A DNA stretch of 61,983 nt, the filler included, from Hausera hauseri (taxonomy: Eukaryota): NCBI GenBank assembly GCA_046269625.1. It is 13 parts of 13 records of this genome, joined end to end, with 100 filler letters (N's around TTAATTAATTAA, not from the genome) between each part and the next. Parts side by side here need not be neighbours in the genome. Positions count along the whole stretch, not along the records: positions 31,513 to 36,243 come from JBJURY010458023.1; positions 36,344 to 41,426 come from JBJURY010341157.1; positions 41,527 to 45,806 come from JBJURY010660441.1; positions 45,907 to 50,423 come from JBJURY010545120.1; 9 more parts are not named here. One strand, 5' to 3'. Below the pieces are notes generated by a model that was not told the origin of the DNA, did no database searches, and saw only the letters and a list, made by a program, of their open reading frames with translations. This document shows positions 34,936 to 47,983 of this stretch, piece after piece. Each line of letters begins with the position of its first letter. Position 1 is the stretch's first letter. The translations under genes were made by a program, and so were the position numbers.

Positions 34936-36343
34936 GTCATTTTGACTATCAAGCTTGGCTTCTTTGCTACCACGAAAAAAGTCTTAGAAGACATTATTTT
35001 TTATCAACATTTACACCTACCAAATTTACCGGACAAACTTTCGTCATCACCAATTGATGTTTTTATAATGTATTTAAAGTTCGTAGTAAATTTGAATGGT
35101 TCAGCATTGGGTAATTTCGTCAATTTAATTCTTATAACAAGGATTTTCTTCATTTCGTAATATACCTTTGAATTTTTCAAATAACAGGATAACCTCGTCA
35201 TTATAATATTAATCTTTCTACAATTTATTATTTCATCAATTGATAAGAAAATAATTAAAATTAATGTTCTGGAATGTATTCTTGTAAGCTGGATTACTTG
35301 TGTGGACAAAATTGGAACCAACAGATAACATTGGAGCCAACATTGGTAAGTCTGTGTGTATTATGTTATCAAGTGATAGAAAATAATGTCGCACGTGATG
35401 ATCATTAAATATCACGAAAAGCTCATTAAAAATCATTAAAAAGTCATTAAATTTGATCTTGGCTTTTTTGTAGATACCCTGCATGTAGTGGAGTTGACCT
35501 GACTGAACACAAACCAACCATTAGTATAAGAAAATAAAAACTGTGATGTTTCCAATGAGTTCTAGCATTTTCTTTATCTGTGGCTTCTGATTGCAAAGTT
35601 TTCATTGAACACGAGTAGATTAATGCAGTTTTCATTGTTTTGTTTTTTTGTGACAATCCATTGATGTCAGTTAAGTTTAGTTCAGTTGAGTCGTAAGGAT
35701 CAACATATTTGCACAAGGGTATGTATCCATAAGTGCTCCATTCTGGAGAATCCCTGCTCAGTGCACAAAATGTTGGGTATATTATTCTTAGAGTTTTTCC
35801 AGGCAGCGACCTTTAGGCCAACTCTTTTCTGATTACCGACTCCTGCGTCTTTTAACGTATGCAATGTACACAGGCATCTGATCTCACTATCCAAGAAGCA
35901 TCAAGGGAAATTTTTAATATAAGATTCACCTGGATTTGAACCCCTTACTTCTAACACTCGAGGTGGACATCTTACTGAATGTCATTATTGAAAATAGATT
36001 AATTTATTATACTACATGTAAGTATTTTAAATTAATGTATCTTTTCTATTCTCCAGAATTTGTTTTGAAGATTTTTATATTCTACACAAAGTGAGAGGAA
36101 GCAAAGTAAAGAAAAACGTCTCAAAGTGAGCCCCCTGGTGGCCATTTTGTGTAATAACCAGCAGAGAACATTCTTTTAAATATTGCTTCAACTAAATTTA
36201 GTTGCAGATTTTAGCAGCTTTAGTGCAAATTAGTGATAGGAAANNNNNNNNNNNNNNNNNNNNNNNNNNNNNNNNNNNNNNNNNNNNTTAATTAATTAAN
36301 NNNNNNNNNNNNNNNNNNNNNNNNNNNNNNNNNNNNNNNNNNN

Positions 36344-39300
36344 TGTATTAAAAGACAATTCACCTATACGTCAAACACGTAGAAAAATATATATAGACAC
36401 ACCGAAATTAGATAAACGTTCAAATTCAGAAAATAGAATCGAGTTAGACGCCACTGAACAAAACGAGCAATTTAAAATCCCACTTGAGAAGCATAAAATT
36501 AATAAAGCAAATTTAGAGATAAATTACGTATCTAATATGGCAGCAGATAATCCACAAGTAGCGCAGAAACAGGACATCTTTACCTTTGATTCTCTGAACT
36601 TGCCGGCCTATGATGGTGACCCGGACGGGCTTAATGAATTCTTGAGAACTTATAAATTGCACGCAGAAGGTGCTAGCCTTACTCCTGAAGTAATGATTAA
36701 ACGATTGTCATTATATTTGAAAAATTTAGCCACTGACGCTTATAGTGAGCTCACTAACGATGAGAAGAAATCTTGGTCCTCCCTGGTAGGAATAATGATC
36801 GTAGCTATAGAAATCGGGTTGATAATCGAGGAAGGGAAGACAGACAATTATTACCGACGGTAACGTCACAGCAGAAGCTTATGGCATTTCATAACAGAGT
36901 ACAACAAAAGGGTGAATAAGTAACCCAGTTTGCATTCGCGTTGAAGAAACTCGCTAACAGTTACATAAACACACTGAGGATAGCCAACGTGGCTAGAGCC
37001 AAAACAGACGCGAAACGCGACGCCGCGGAAAAAGCAACACCGCCAGACCTAGACGTTATGATGACGACTGAATTGATCCATGGTATTTGGTCCCGAGATT
37101 TAGTTAAACAGTTAATTTTGGCTAGACCTAAGAACTTTAAAGGAACTTTACAATTAGCTCAAGACTTGGAAATGGCGCTTGATAGATATGCCAAGCACAG
37201 TGATAGAAATGACAGGAATAATGATCGTAGCTATAGAAATCGGGTTGATAATCGAGGAAGGGAAGACAGACAATTTATGGGTAATAGAAATTATGGGAAT
37301 AGAAGTAATAATAATAGTTACAGAAAAGGCCAAAGCAATAATCGCACTAATGAGCGGAATATGAATAGATCGGATTTTAACTGGGATAGGAAGAGGAAAC
37401 TATAAAGGTTCTAACTACTCAAATCGTAATGATTACAATCGAAATAAGGATAATCGAAGAAATACAGATAATGCTCAGAGTTTGTCGAATCAGTATAATA
37501 AAGGTACAAATAGACCTAAGTCACCTGTGAACAAAGACGGTCGACAAAGAGTCGGCAGAAATGGAAATTTAGTTTGTTTTACTTGCGGAAGAGAAGGACA
37601 TATTTCAAGGTCATGCCCAAACCCACGTAGCGTTTCATTTACTGAGCCTAATAAGACTAGTATGATCAGAGTTAACAAAAATTTAGAAGCAAAGTATGGT
37701 GTTCGTGGAAACACAGGTACTATCTTCGATATACAAAATTTACGAAGATTTTTAGACGCTCAACCCGAGACTATTAACACACAAATTCTGATGGCCAGAA
37801 AGGAATATGAAGACAAACTAAGGCTATTAGAAGTATATCATGGTTTAGCAGAATCCAAAACTGAATATGAGCATGCAATGGCACCCAAACGGACTGATAT
37901 GACGCTGAAAAAGAGTGTTCCGATGAGTAATAAAATATCTGATAAACCAGGAACTTCGACATAAGTCGACTTAGATGCAGAATTTGAGTTCACAGTCGAG
38001 AAGGTGGATAAGTCTACCGAGGACGTTACAGTAGAAAAAGAATTTATAGAACCATTAATACGTAAAATTATGAAAAATAGAGGCCGTAGCCCTTCCTTAA
38101 AGACAAAACGTAGAAGTCGTTCACACTCCAAAGTAACTAGAAAGAGAATCGAAGAAACGGAAAATACAAACGTCGTTGTAGAAAGCGACGTAGAACATAG
38201 TTTAAAAACACCGGAAATTGGTCCATTCACACCTATCGAGGCAAAAGAATCTATAAAATTAACTAATGAAATTAACAACATTTGCCCAGTTCCCACTAGT
38301 GAGGAGGAAACGGTGAATATTGATGATTTTGATCCAAGAAAGTGGAAAGTCCGACGTTCGTGGAAAAATGCCGAGGAGTTAAGGAAAATGAGAATTAGAT
38401 GCCACGACCGGAAATAATACAACGTAACTAGGAAAGACTCAAGCAAATCAGCGAACAAGTGGATATACCCGGAAAAGAGCAACAGTTTGCCGAAAGGTTA
38501 TATAAAAGTTTAAAATTATGCAGCGAAGGAAAGCTTTATGAAGCAATCGACTTAAGACAACCTGAAGAGGTATCATCTGAAACGTTGTTAAAATGGAAGC
38601 ATGAATTAGGATCATGGATTAAAAGTGGAGTCGAATTTTCGAAAGGATGGAACAAAAACGAAGATCGTGTCGACACAAAGGTTGCAAAAGCTCAAACACT
38701 TTTGTCTAACCTAGAAACAAACTCGAAACGAAAGAAAGTAGCGCGCAATCTAGAGCGCATGATGGACGAAATTCGCTGTACAATGATTAATCGGGTTAGA
38801 AAAAAACAGGTTAGTCATCAAAGTAATATCGATTTAGAAATATTGGGTGTAGACCCAGTAGATATTCCTTCCTTGATGGAGATGATAAAAATCGCATTTG
38901 CTGTGCCTAAACAATATAAAAACCTAGAAAACCGAATTAAAATAAAAAATGAAAAACAAGCACAGATTTATAGCTTGAGAAACCGAGTTATGTCCCCAAA
39001 CCACGAAGAAACCCAATACGTAATAAAGGCTTGTATCGTAGAATTTGATGAATATAAGGACGAATTTAGTTATGTCGGCCGGATTATGAACTTCCTAAGA
39101 GGGCCAGACGATGAGTGGAAAGATGCATATAAGATGCTAGATAAGACTATAATGGCAAAGCCAATAATCTCAAATTAGTTGTCGGAATGGTCTGAACTAG
39201 TAATGCGATTAAGCAAATTAGTGAAAAGCCGTAAGAAGGAATTCCCGAAGAGCGAGACTTCGAAAAAGAAACAATTAGAAGAAAGCGCACGTAATTTAGA

Positions 39301-41426
39301 TACAATACTAGCAAAAATAGACATCCAAACGCGATTCGAAGCATCACGACGACCTAATTTCATGAAGAAGAAACAAGAAGCAACGATACTGGAAGAGATA
39401 TATAAAATGGTCGAAGAGACGGATTTTACCGAAAAGCAAAATATGACTTGCAGTTTTTATCCAAGATTGAGAAATGTCCTATTAGAAGGAGTTCAACATT
39501 TAACAGATAAACCTATCGACCAGATTTCTGTCTAAGACATCGAAACCCTAGAAATTGGTCCGGAACACCAAGCCATTTTAGCGGACACTGAAATTTCTGC
39601 ATGAACCTCAAGAATGGATGATTCGGTCAGATCAGAACTTCCATACTGAATTGATAAAGATGAGAAATGACCAGAATCTTAGTTTTCAAGAATCTAAGTT
39701 CGTAAAGAAATTGTCAGACGCGATAGATCCCGACTCAAAAATTATAAATGAAATGTATTGGTAGAAATGGCAGAGATTAATAAAGAGAGGATGAGACAAC
39801 TGATGCCAAAATTACAGCAAGTCGAAGAAACGTACATCAAAACAAAACAAAGAGCAACGAGGCTAGATGAACTGGCAAAAGAATTCGAAATTTACTGAAA
39901 CAAATATGCTTTTACGGAATCAGAAATCAAAAATAATCGAGAATTCGTACAAAGGTGGCAAAAGGATGTAATTATCGAACTAACAGATTATCATCAAAAA
40001 GGACTCATCGATTTTAACGAATTCGGTGAGTTACTGAAAATGATTCAATATGCTTGTGGAAACGGAATAGGCTTCCGAACTACGCAAATGAAGGAAATAC
40101 AACCCAGATTGAAGGAAATTCGAGAAAATGTGAAAAAAACAAACACAGCCTTAGTAGACTACGGACTTCCAAACGCTGGAAACCAACCAGAATGGGATGC
40201 ATACTTCGACACAATACTTGCCGAAAAACCCGTGACTACAGTACAACTAAATGCGATAGAAACATGTCCGCAGAACAGGAGATTCAATGTGGAGATGCTT
40301 CTGGATTCAGCGCTAACTGAAAGGGATTTAATTGAGCTAATTAATGTAAACATTACTGAAAGTAAGTTAAGACAACTTATTCCGACATTAAGTAAATTAT
40401 CTAGTGAGAATACGATTTATAGCACGGTGCCGAAACCTCTAATAAGGAAATACGCTAAAATCTTAAGAGCTAGATCTGAGGTAACGATGAAAGTAATGGT
40501 ATCATCCGAATGGATAGACGAAAAAGAATGTGAGTTGACTACATATTCCTACGTAAAAGATGTAAGAGAATGGTTGTTAAATAATGGCGGAACAAATGAA
40601 CTAAATTATGGATTTTACTTTAGAGATAGAATACTCGACGACCTAGAACAATTAGTAGATGTCGAGATTATCCCCGACGAAACAAATCGTATAGTAGAAA
40701 TAGTGGCTAACGAACAGACGAAAGAAGAAGCCACCCGTAAGGCTAAGAGAGAGCAATGCGTCGGACAAATCATGGGAGTCCGAGATGCTGCAATGTATTT
40801 TGAGTATTTACAATCTGATGAGGATAAGGAACAATATGACATAAATTTAGTACCAATGAGTGAAATAACCACTAAGGACCCAAGGCCGAAACGTCCAGTT
40901 GGAAGGCCAAAGAAAACGCGAGAAGAAGTGGACTATAATGGAGAATTGATTAGAGAACTGTGGCAGATGGCGATACCGGCTCTCAGTACAAACAGTGAGG
41001 AATTGAGCGAGATAATGAAGAGTTTAATACGAATTGTAAATTATTCGAGCCCTCGGTGTGATATATTAGATGATAAAGAAAGAATAATATTCGATGCAGC
41101 CAAAATTATGCGAATTTCACGTTTTAAACTATCAAAAAGTAACCTAACCGATGAATCGGTAATCGAAAAGATCATGGTAGAATACACTAATGAGGAGTTG
41201 AGAAAGGTATCACTATACGTAGCCATCAAAATAAACCCTAATTGGGCGAATGAAATCAATATAGCTATAAGTTTAGCACTAAAAGCAGCAAAAAGATTTC
41301 CCTGCGAAGTGAATTGGTCAAGACTGTTTGATAAGGAAGACGACAGACAGACTAGCAATAAATTCGACGATATGTTACGTAATTTAACAACGATGGATGT
41401 TGGCTACCGGAAAAATGAATTAAATT
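36344..41426 (+). mobile_element. gag: Related Gypsy-like element with a much longer gag extension: capsid, N/R-rich tract, CCHC knuckle, about 2.9 kb of unknown helical region, Ubl (40487-40711), AT-hook (40889-40915)
   Basis: LPAYDGDPDGLNEFLRTYKLHA...MIKRLSLYLKNLA.DAY...W; CFTCGREGHISRSC; MKVMVSS...YVKDVREWL...FYFRDRILDDLEQLVDVEI; KRPVGRPKK. The helical flanks of the Ubl align with copies A and B (IEKIMV/IYKIMV, LALKA/RALKA). Confidence 0.8.
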
Positions 41427-41526
41427 NNNNNNNNNNNNNNNNNNNNNNNNNNNNNNNNNNNNNNNNNNNNTTAATTAATTAANNNNNNNNNNNNNNNNNN
41501 NNNNNNNNNNNNNNNNNNNNNNNNNN

Positions 41527-42275
41527 AACGCGACTTTAACAGAAAATATGTGTCCCTTTAATGATCGACATCGCCCTAAACATGAAGAAGCCGACTTAAA
41601 CCATACCTGCATCCTTGAGAAACACGACATTAACATAAAAATATGCCCCTTAATGTTCCGACTTGGTCCCTAAGCATGAAGAATGCAATCTAAACCATGC
41701 CCGCAACCGTTTGAAATGCGACTTTAACTGAAAATATCCCCCATCCATACTGCGACTCACTCCCAAAGACATGTTCAAGTGTGATGAAGACGACCTAAAC
41801 CACCGCAAACACTCTAAGAAACACGACTTTAACAGAAAAAATACCCCCTTCCATACCCCAACTCGCTCTCAAAGACATGCCCAAGCGTGATGAAAACGAT
41901 CTAAACCACCATGACACTCTAAGAAACATGACCTTAAAAGAAAAATATCACCCTTCCACGCCCCGACTCGCTCCCAAAGCCATGTACAAGTCTGATAAGG
42001 ACGACTTAAACCACCGCGAGCACTCTAAGAAATACGACCTTAAAAGACAATATCCCCCTTCCATGTCCCGACTCGCTCCCAAAGACATCCTCAAACACGA
42101 TGAAGAGGCCCTAAGCTCCCACCAGTGCCCTTAAGAAACGCGACTTTAACAGAAAATATTACCCTTCCACCCCCATGACTCGCTCCCAAAGACATACACA
42201 ACTGCGAGGAAGCCGACTTAAATCCCCGACAGCACACTCGAGAACTGCGACATTAACAGAAAATATCCTCGACCC
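41527..42275 (+). repeat. Degenerate minisatellite, about 94-108-bp unit, about 8 copies
   Basis: CGACTTTAACAGAAAATAT..CCC...CCGACTCGCTCCCAAAGACAT...GACTTAAACCA recurs at about 41531, 41625, 41719, 41822, 41928, 42034, 42139 and 42247. Confidence 0.85.
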
Positions 42276-42751
42276 ACTACCCACGGCACATGATGATACC
42301 AAACACGCTACCGATACAAAGACACGTCACCACCACAGTCCCCTTCACCCCTTACTGCACGTAACTAAAGAAATTATGAGATCAAGATGCTGACATCATA
42401 TTTACCTAATTAAAAACAATTACTTAATTACCAGCGACCGTGCGTGACCTCGCAGCAGACTACCCCAACCAACATCAATTTAGCAACGATTACACCTATA
42501 CATAACTATTATTTAAATAAAAAATAAAATTTTACAAACCACCTAATTACCTAATTAATTACCTAATTTTAAAAAATGCAAGATTTGTCTGCCCCTTAAA
42601 AAATTTCCCAAAAGATTTATCTCCCCTTACCGCAACTGGTGGCGTCAAGAACGCCGCCAAAGCCACTAAAATACTTTACTCTCTGAGTCAATTAAACACC
42701 ACCAACGCCAACATAATACTGCAGGATGGACCTCCAGAGTGTGACACTCGC

Positions 42752-45590
42752 ATGACTGCCAGTGGTGAAACCCATAACGAAGCCACTGATATGAAAACGG
42801 AAGCCCTGATAGCAAAACCAGAAACGAGAATAGGTTTTTGGAACGTTCGGACAATGAACGAAGCCGGAAAACTAAAACAAATAACCAAGGAAATGAATAA
42901 TTATAAACTACACATATTGGGAATAAGCGAAAGCAGGTGGATAGGAACTGGGAGGATAAGAACGGCTACAGGAGAAACTGTGTTCTACTCAGGAAGAGAG
43001 GACCAGCAACATAGCGAAGGCGTAGCCATTATTCTAAAAAAAGGATTAGAAAGATCATTATTGGAATGGAGGCCCATTAACAATAGATTAATTAGAATAA
43101 GATTAAAGGGCAGATTCACAAATCTCACGCTAATACAATGCTATGCGCCTACCAATGAGAGTGAGGATGAGAAGAAAGAAGAATTCTACCTTCAGCTGCA
43201 GAAGGAGGTAGAGCAGACACCAAAGCATGACCATGTTATAGTAATGGGAGATCTAAATGCTAAGGTTGGAACGGATAACACAGATAATGAAAGAATCATG
43301 GGAAAAAATGGCAGTGGGACAAAGAATGACAACGGAGAAAGACTCATTTCCTTCTGTGGTTTAAACGATATGGTGATTGGAGGAACATTGTTCCCACACA
43401 AGGAAATACATAAATTGACATGGTATTCTCCAAACGGTCGAGACAAGAACCAGATAGATCACTTCATAATAAATGGAAGATGGAAACATTCCTTACAAGA
43501 TGTGAGAGTGAAAAGAGGAGCAGATGTGGGCAGCGATCACAATCTTGTCATAGCAAGAATAAGGATGAAGCTAAAAATCACCAGCCCTAAACCAAATGTC
43601 CAAAAAAGATATGACATACAAAAGCTAAATGACCCAGCTGTCAGGAAAAGCTTTGTGGCCGAAATTAAAAGACGAGCCTTAGAGAGTGAACAGCAAGATA
43701 AATCATTTGATGAGAACGTTGACCATAAGTGGAACACATTTACAACAATATACAATGAGAGCTGCAAATCCTGCTTAGGATTTAAAACAAAAAAGCTGCA
43801 AGAATGGATGACATCAGAGACTCTGAGTACCATTCAGAAAAGAAAAGAGATTAAAATCAAGAAGATTGAAGCTAAGTCCCAGAGGTTGAAGGAAAGATAC
43901 AGTGAGCAGTATAATCAGCTAAACAAAGAAGTAAAGCATCAGACAAGAAAAGACAAGAGGAAATACCTTGAAAATCTTGCAAAACAGGCAGAAGAGGCAG
44001 CACAAAGAAATGAACAAGGCACGCTGTACAAAATAACCAAAAATATCAGTGGAAAGTACAGTGTGAACAGCAACATACCAGTTAAAGACAAAGAAGGAAA
44101 GATAATTACAACAGAAGATGGACAAGAAGCAAGGTGGGCAGAACATTTTGAAGAGCTTCTTAATAGACCTGCCCCATTCAACCCTCCAGACATTGAACCA
44201 GCTGATAATGACCTCCCCATTGACTGTAGCCCGCCAACTAAAGAAGAAATAATAAGAGCCATTGGACAACTAACAAATGGTAAGGCGCCAGGACCAGACA
44301 GTATCCCAGTTGAAGCGTTAAAGGCAAATGTCGAGACAAGCGCTTGTTTACTTCTACCACTTTTTACTACAATATGGGAAGAGGACAAAATTCCTGCAGA
44401 ATGGAAGGAAGGTCAGATAATAAAAATCCCAAAAAAGGCAGATCTTAGCAGTTGCTCTAACTACAGAGGAATAACTCTATTATCTGTGCCGTCGAAAGTC
44501 TTCAACCGCATAATACTGAACAGAATAAAGGATACTGTTGACCCCATACTAAGAGATCATCAAGCAGGATTTCGACAGGATAGATCATGCACTGACCAGA
44601 TTGCAACTCTTCGTATAATTGTAGAACAATCTATAGAATGGAACTCATTATTGTATGTTAATTTCATAGACTATGAGAAGGCTTTTGACAGTGTCGATAG
44701 AAACACCCTCTGGAAATTGTTTAGGTACTATGGAATACCAAACAAAATTACAGACATTATAAGAAACTCATACGATGGTCTTAGTTGCAGAGTAGTACAT
44801 GGCCAACACACCACTGAAGCTTTTACTGTTCAAACAGGAGTTAGGCAAGGATGTCTTCTATCGAAATTTTTATTCCTATTGGCCATAGACTGGATCATGA
44901 AAAAGTCAACAGAGAATCACCGTAACGGAATACAATGGACACTCTGGGAGCAGTTGGATGACCTGGACTTTGCAGATGACCTAGCCCTTCTCTCACATTC
45001 ACATCAACAAATGCAAAACAAAACTAAATTAGTGAGTGAAATATCAAGACAGCTAGGACATAACATTCATAAAGGAAAAACCAAAGTCCTCAGAATCAAT
45101 ACACTCAATACAGAACATATTAGTATTGAAGACGAAGAACTGGAGGAAATTGAACATTTCACATATCTGGGAAGCATTATTGACAAAAAAGGAGGCACTG
45201 AAGCTGACATTAAAATAAGAATAGGGAAAGCAAGAGGAGCCTTCCAACGGCTTAAAAGGGTATGGAGTACTGCAGACTTAAGTATAAAAACCAAGATAAG
45301 ACTATTCAACCCAACAGTGAAACCTGTACTGTGTTATGGTGATGAGACATGGAGGAAAACAGGCCACAACATGAAAAAATTACAAACCTTCATTAATTCT
45401 TGGTTTGAGAAGGATTATGAAAATATGTTGGCCTGTGACCATCAGCAACCAGGAACTATGGCGTAAGACAAACCAAGCCTTAGCTGAGACTGAAATAATA
45501 CACAGACGATGGCGTTGGATAGGGCACAACCTCAGACAACCGGCTACAAGTATCACCAGACAGGCCTTGCAGTGGAACCTGTCAGGGACT
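42752..45590 (+). mobile_element. RTE-clade LINE, single ORF APE endonuclease + RT; one frameshift near 45400, 3' end truncated
   Basis: IGFWNVRT, LGISESRW, IQCYAPT, MGDLNAKVG, QIDHFII, GSDH; KAPGPDSIP, NYRGITLLS, QAGFR, FIDYEKAFDSV, GVRQGCLLS, LDFADDLALL, FTYLGS; WRWIGH.LR. Confidence 0.95.
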
Positions 45591-45943
45591 GCTCGGGACG
45601 GGACATACATTACTATAATTCAACAACCAACACATTATTCAATATTCAAATTTATATATACAATTTAAATCCATAGTAATAATATCATGAATAACAAGGT
45701 ACATAACTTAAACAATCCGCCACCTCCGCTTCCATCGCTCCATCTACGCCACGACTCCTAACATCTCCCAAAATACCAAGGCGTCACCCAGCCACATCAT
45801 CAACACNNNNNNNNNNNNNNNNNNNNNNNNNNNNNNNNNNNNNNNNNNNNTTAATTAATTAANNNNNNNNNNNNNNNNNNNNNNNNNNNNNNNNNNNNNN
45901 NNNNNNCGAAATTCCAAAATTAAATTATACTTTTAATATTACA

Positions 45944-47983
45944 TGTGGTGCCCACCGCGGCCGGTGCCCTTTGGCCTATTTGGTTGGGCACGGCCGGGCG
46001 TCCGTTGCCTCTGCGTCGGGTCCATAGTCGGGCCCGATTTCCCGCCGCGAAAATTTCACAAGATGACATACTCATACATGAACGAGGAAGAACGTTTTAC
46101 GTTATCCCTAAATCTGCATCAATCGATTCAGTCAGCTCATCTGTGCAAAATTCTCAATCTGTTGTTATCCGTTATCAGAAACCTAATTCATTCATCAGGC
46201 TTACCGATAAATATTGTAACTAACGACTCTTACGAATTTTCCATGCAAAAGTCGGAATTTTTATTGATTGACCAGCAAAATAGACAAAATTTTCCATTGA
46301 CATTGAGCAAAGATCAGGGCAACTTTATAATTCCGAAATATCTGGCAATGTATTCTAAAAAGGTATGCTTAAAGGCTACCCAAAAAGTCACGACAGCATC
46401 CTAGTCACTGTTGAATACGTTAGTCAAAATGCTATTATTATCTCCACTGAAATTAACTCTAAATTTCTCCTAGGTACTTTGACTCAATGTTGGGTGATAG
46501 TTTGGCTCATCAATGTCACAATGACTTCAAAATTTCTGGACACTCATCAGTTAGGAAACGGATGATATTCCACATCGAATTCTGCTAACAGCACGTTGGA
46601 GAATCATCAAGAATCATTTGAGATAGGTAACGACAATTATTCTAACGAATTTCGCTCAGATGCAGTTAAAATAGTATCACAAACTACGGTTTTTATCGGA
46701 CAATCGTCAAGTGGTAAAAGTTTAAAAATCAAGGAAGAAAATATAGACAATTCGGAAACAATTCCAGAGGAACAACAACGACAACAAAGAGAAGTTGAAA
46801 CTGACCAAATCAATTTATTCGTAGAAAAATTGAAGAGACAAATTGAACAATTGTTCAATTCAAATAATGATATTCAGTCGAGACTTGCTACGTTGGAGAA
46901 CCGAAGTAATAAAACATGGGAAGAAAATTACAATGCCATGCGGTTCAGCGTTAGAGCAGGGAAAGAGAAATTTAGAAACAAGTAAGCTCAAATAATTGAA
47001 TTAGAAGACCAAACTATTGAAAGGAACTGCCAGAATAAGAAATTAACCAAAGATATTACTAAACTGAAAATTGAAATTGAATCATATAAAGATTCAGATG
47101 AAGCAGAAAAGCGTGAAAAATCGCTTGCAGATAAAGTTAAACATCTAAATAAACAGATAAAAGAATATAAAAGGCAATCGGAGAAATTTGATGAATTGGA
47201 GAAGTTTGAAGATGACAGTGAAACCAAATTTCTGAAACATCAGACTTAATACCAAGATGAAATTAAAAATCTAAAACTACGGTTGATTCATTCCGAAGAA
47301 ACTTGTAAAGGTCTTGTTGAAAAGCATCGTCAAGAAAACGAGGAGGCCGCAAAACAAATCTCAGAGAAAGACGCTAAAATTGAGCATCTTAATCATGAAG
47401 TTGAGGTAAGAAAGATCGCAGTGCTTAATTTGTGAGACAAGGTTAAAGAAAACAATGGAAAATTCACATGAGTGATAATCAGGCCAGCCAATCCGCCACC
47501 AATGATGAAAATCCTTGAACATTTCTAGAGTCATATTTGACTCGTATATTTTTGTGTCAATTTTATGTATATTCTTATATTTTTACAATTTTATTCTATT
47601 ATTGCCTGGAATTTCAAATATTTTGGAATCCATTCATGATTAATGGAAGTTCATGTACCTATATGTAGATATCTTTTTCTTGTTTTAATAATACACAATT
47701 ATTTTCGTTTTCGAATTTAAAAAATTTCTGTGCTCCATTTTGCTTTTCTTTAGCGATTTTAGGAAGTTTTGATTTGCCATTTTGAGAATATTTTGTCATG
47801 CCCGATTTTTTTTTAATTATCGTAAAGAGAAGTTTTGTTCAGAGAATCATAAGAAATATTTTTTTGAAGTTATGATGAAACAGGCAGACAAAAATGATTA
47901 TCAGAAGTTGACAAATTTCATTCAAAATTTTTTGCAAGAGATACCTGGGAACGAGGTTTCCCATTTCAACCAAAATAATAATA
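45944..47983 (+). repeat. LTR-like insertion with conserved GC-rich 5' terminus and a decayed sense ORF (coiled-coil, about 46065-47470); 3' boundary uncertain
   Basis: The first ~100 bp (TGTGGTGCCCAC...CCCTTTGGCC...GCCGGGCGTCCGTTGCC) match 48578 and, on the minus strand, 50797. The interior is unrelated to those copies. Confidence 0.5.

Noticed and set aside
35922-35978. tRNA gene on the minus strand (GGTTCAAATCC B-box)
   Set aside because: No cloverleaf or acceptor stem can be formed. At most it is a decayed SINE head.
41527-42275. Repeats as a CRISPR array, or ORFs 41877-42134 and 42175-42393 as genes
   Set aside because: Whole units are homologous with no unique spacers, the context is eukaryotic, and the ORFs are by-products of the minisatellite.
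43192-45309. Antisense ORFs within the LINE, and similar ones opposite the PKD/REJ, gag and polB ORFs
   Set aside because: These are shadow ORFs of codon-biased sense genes.
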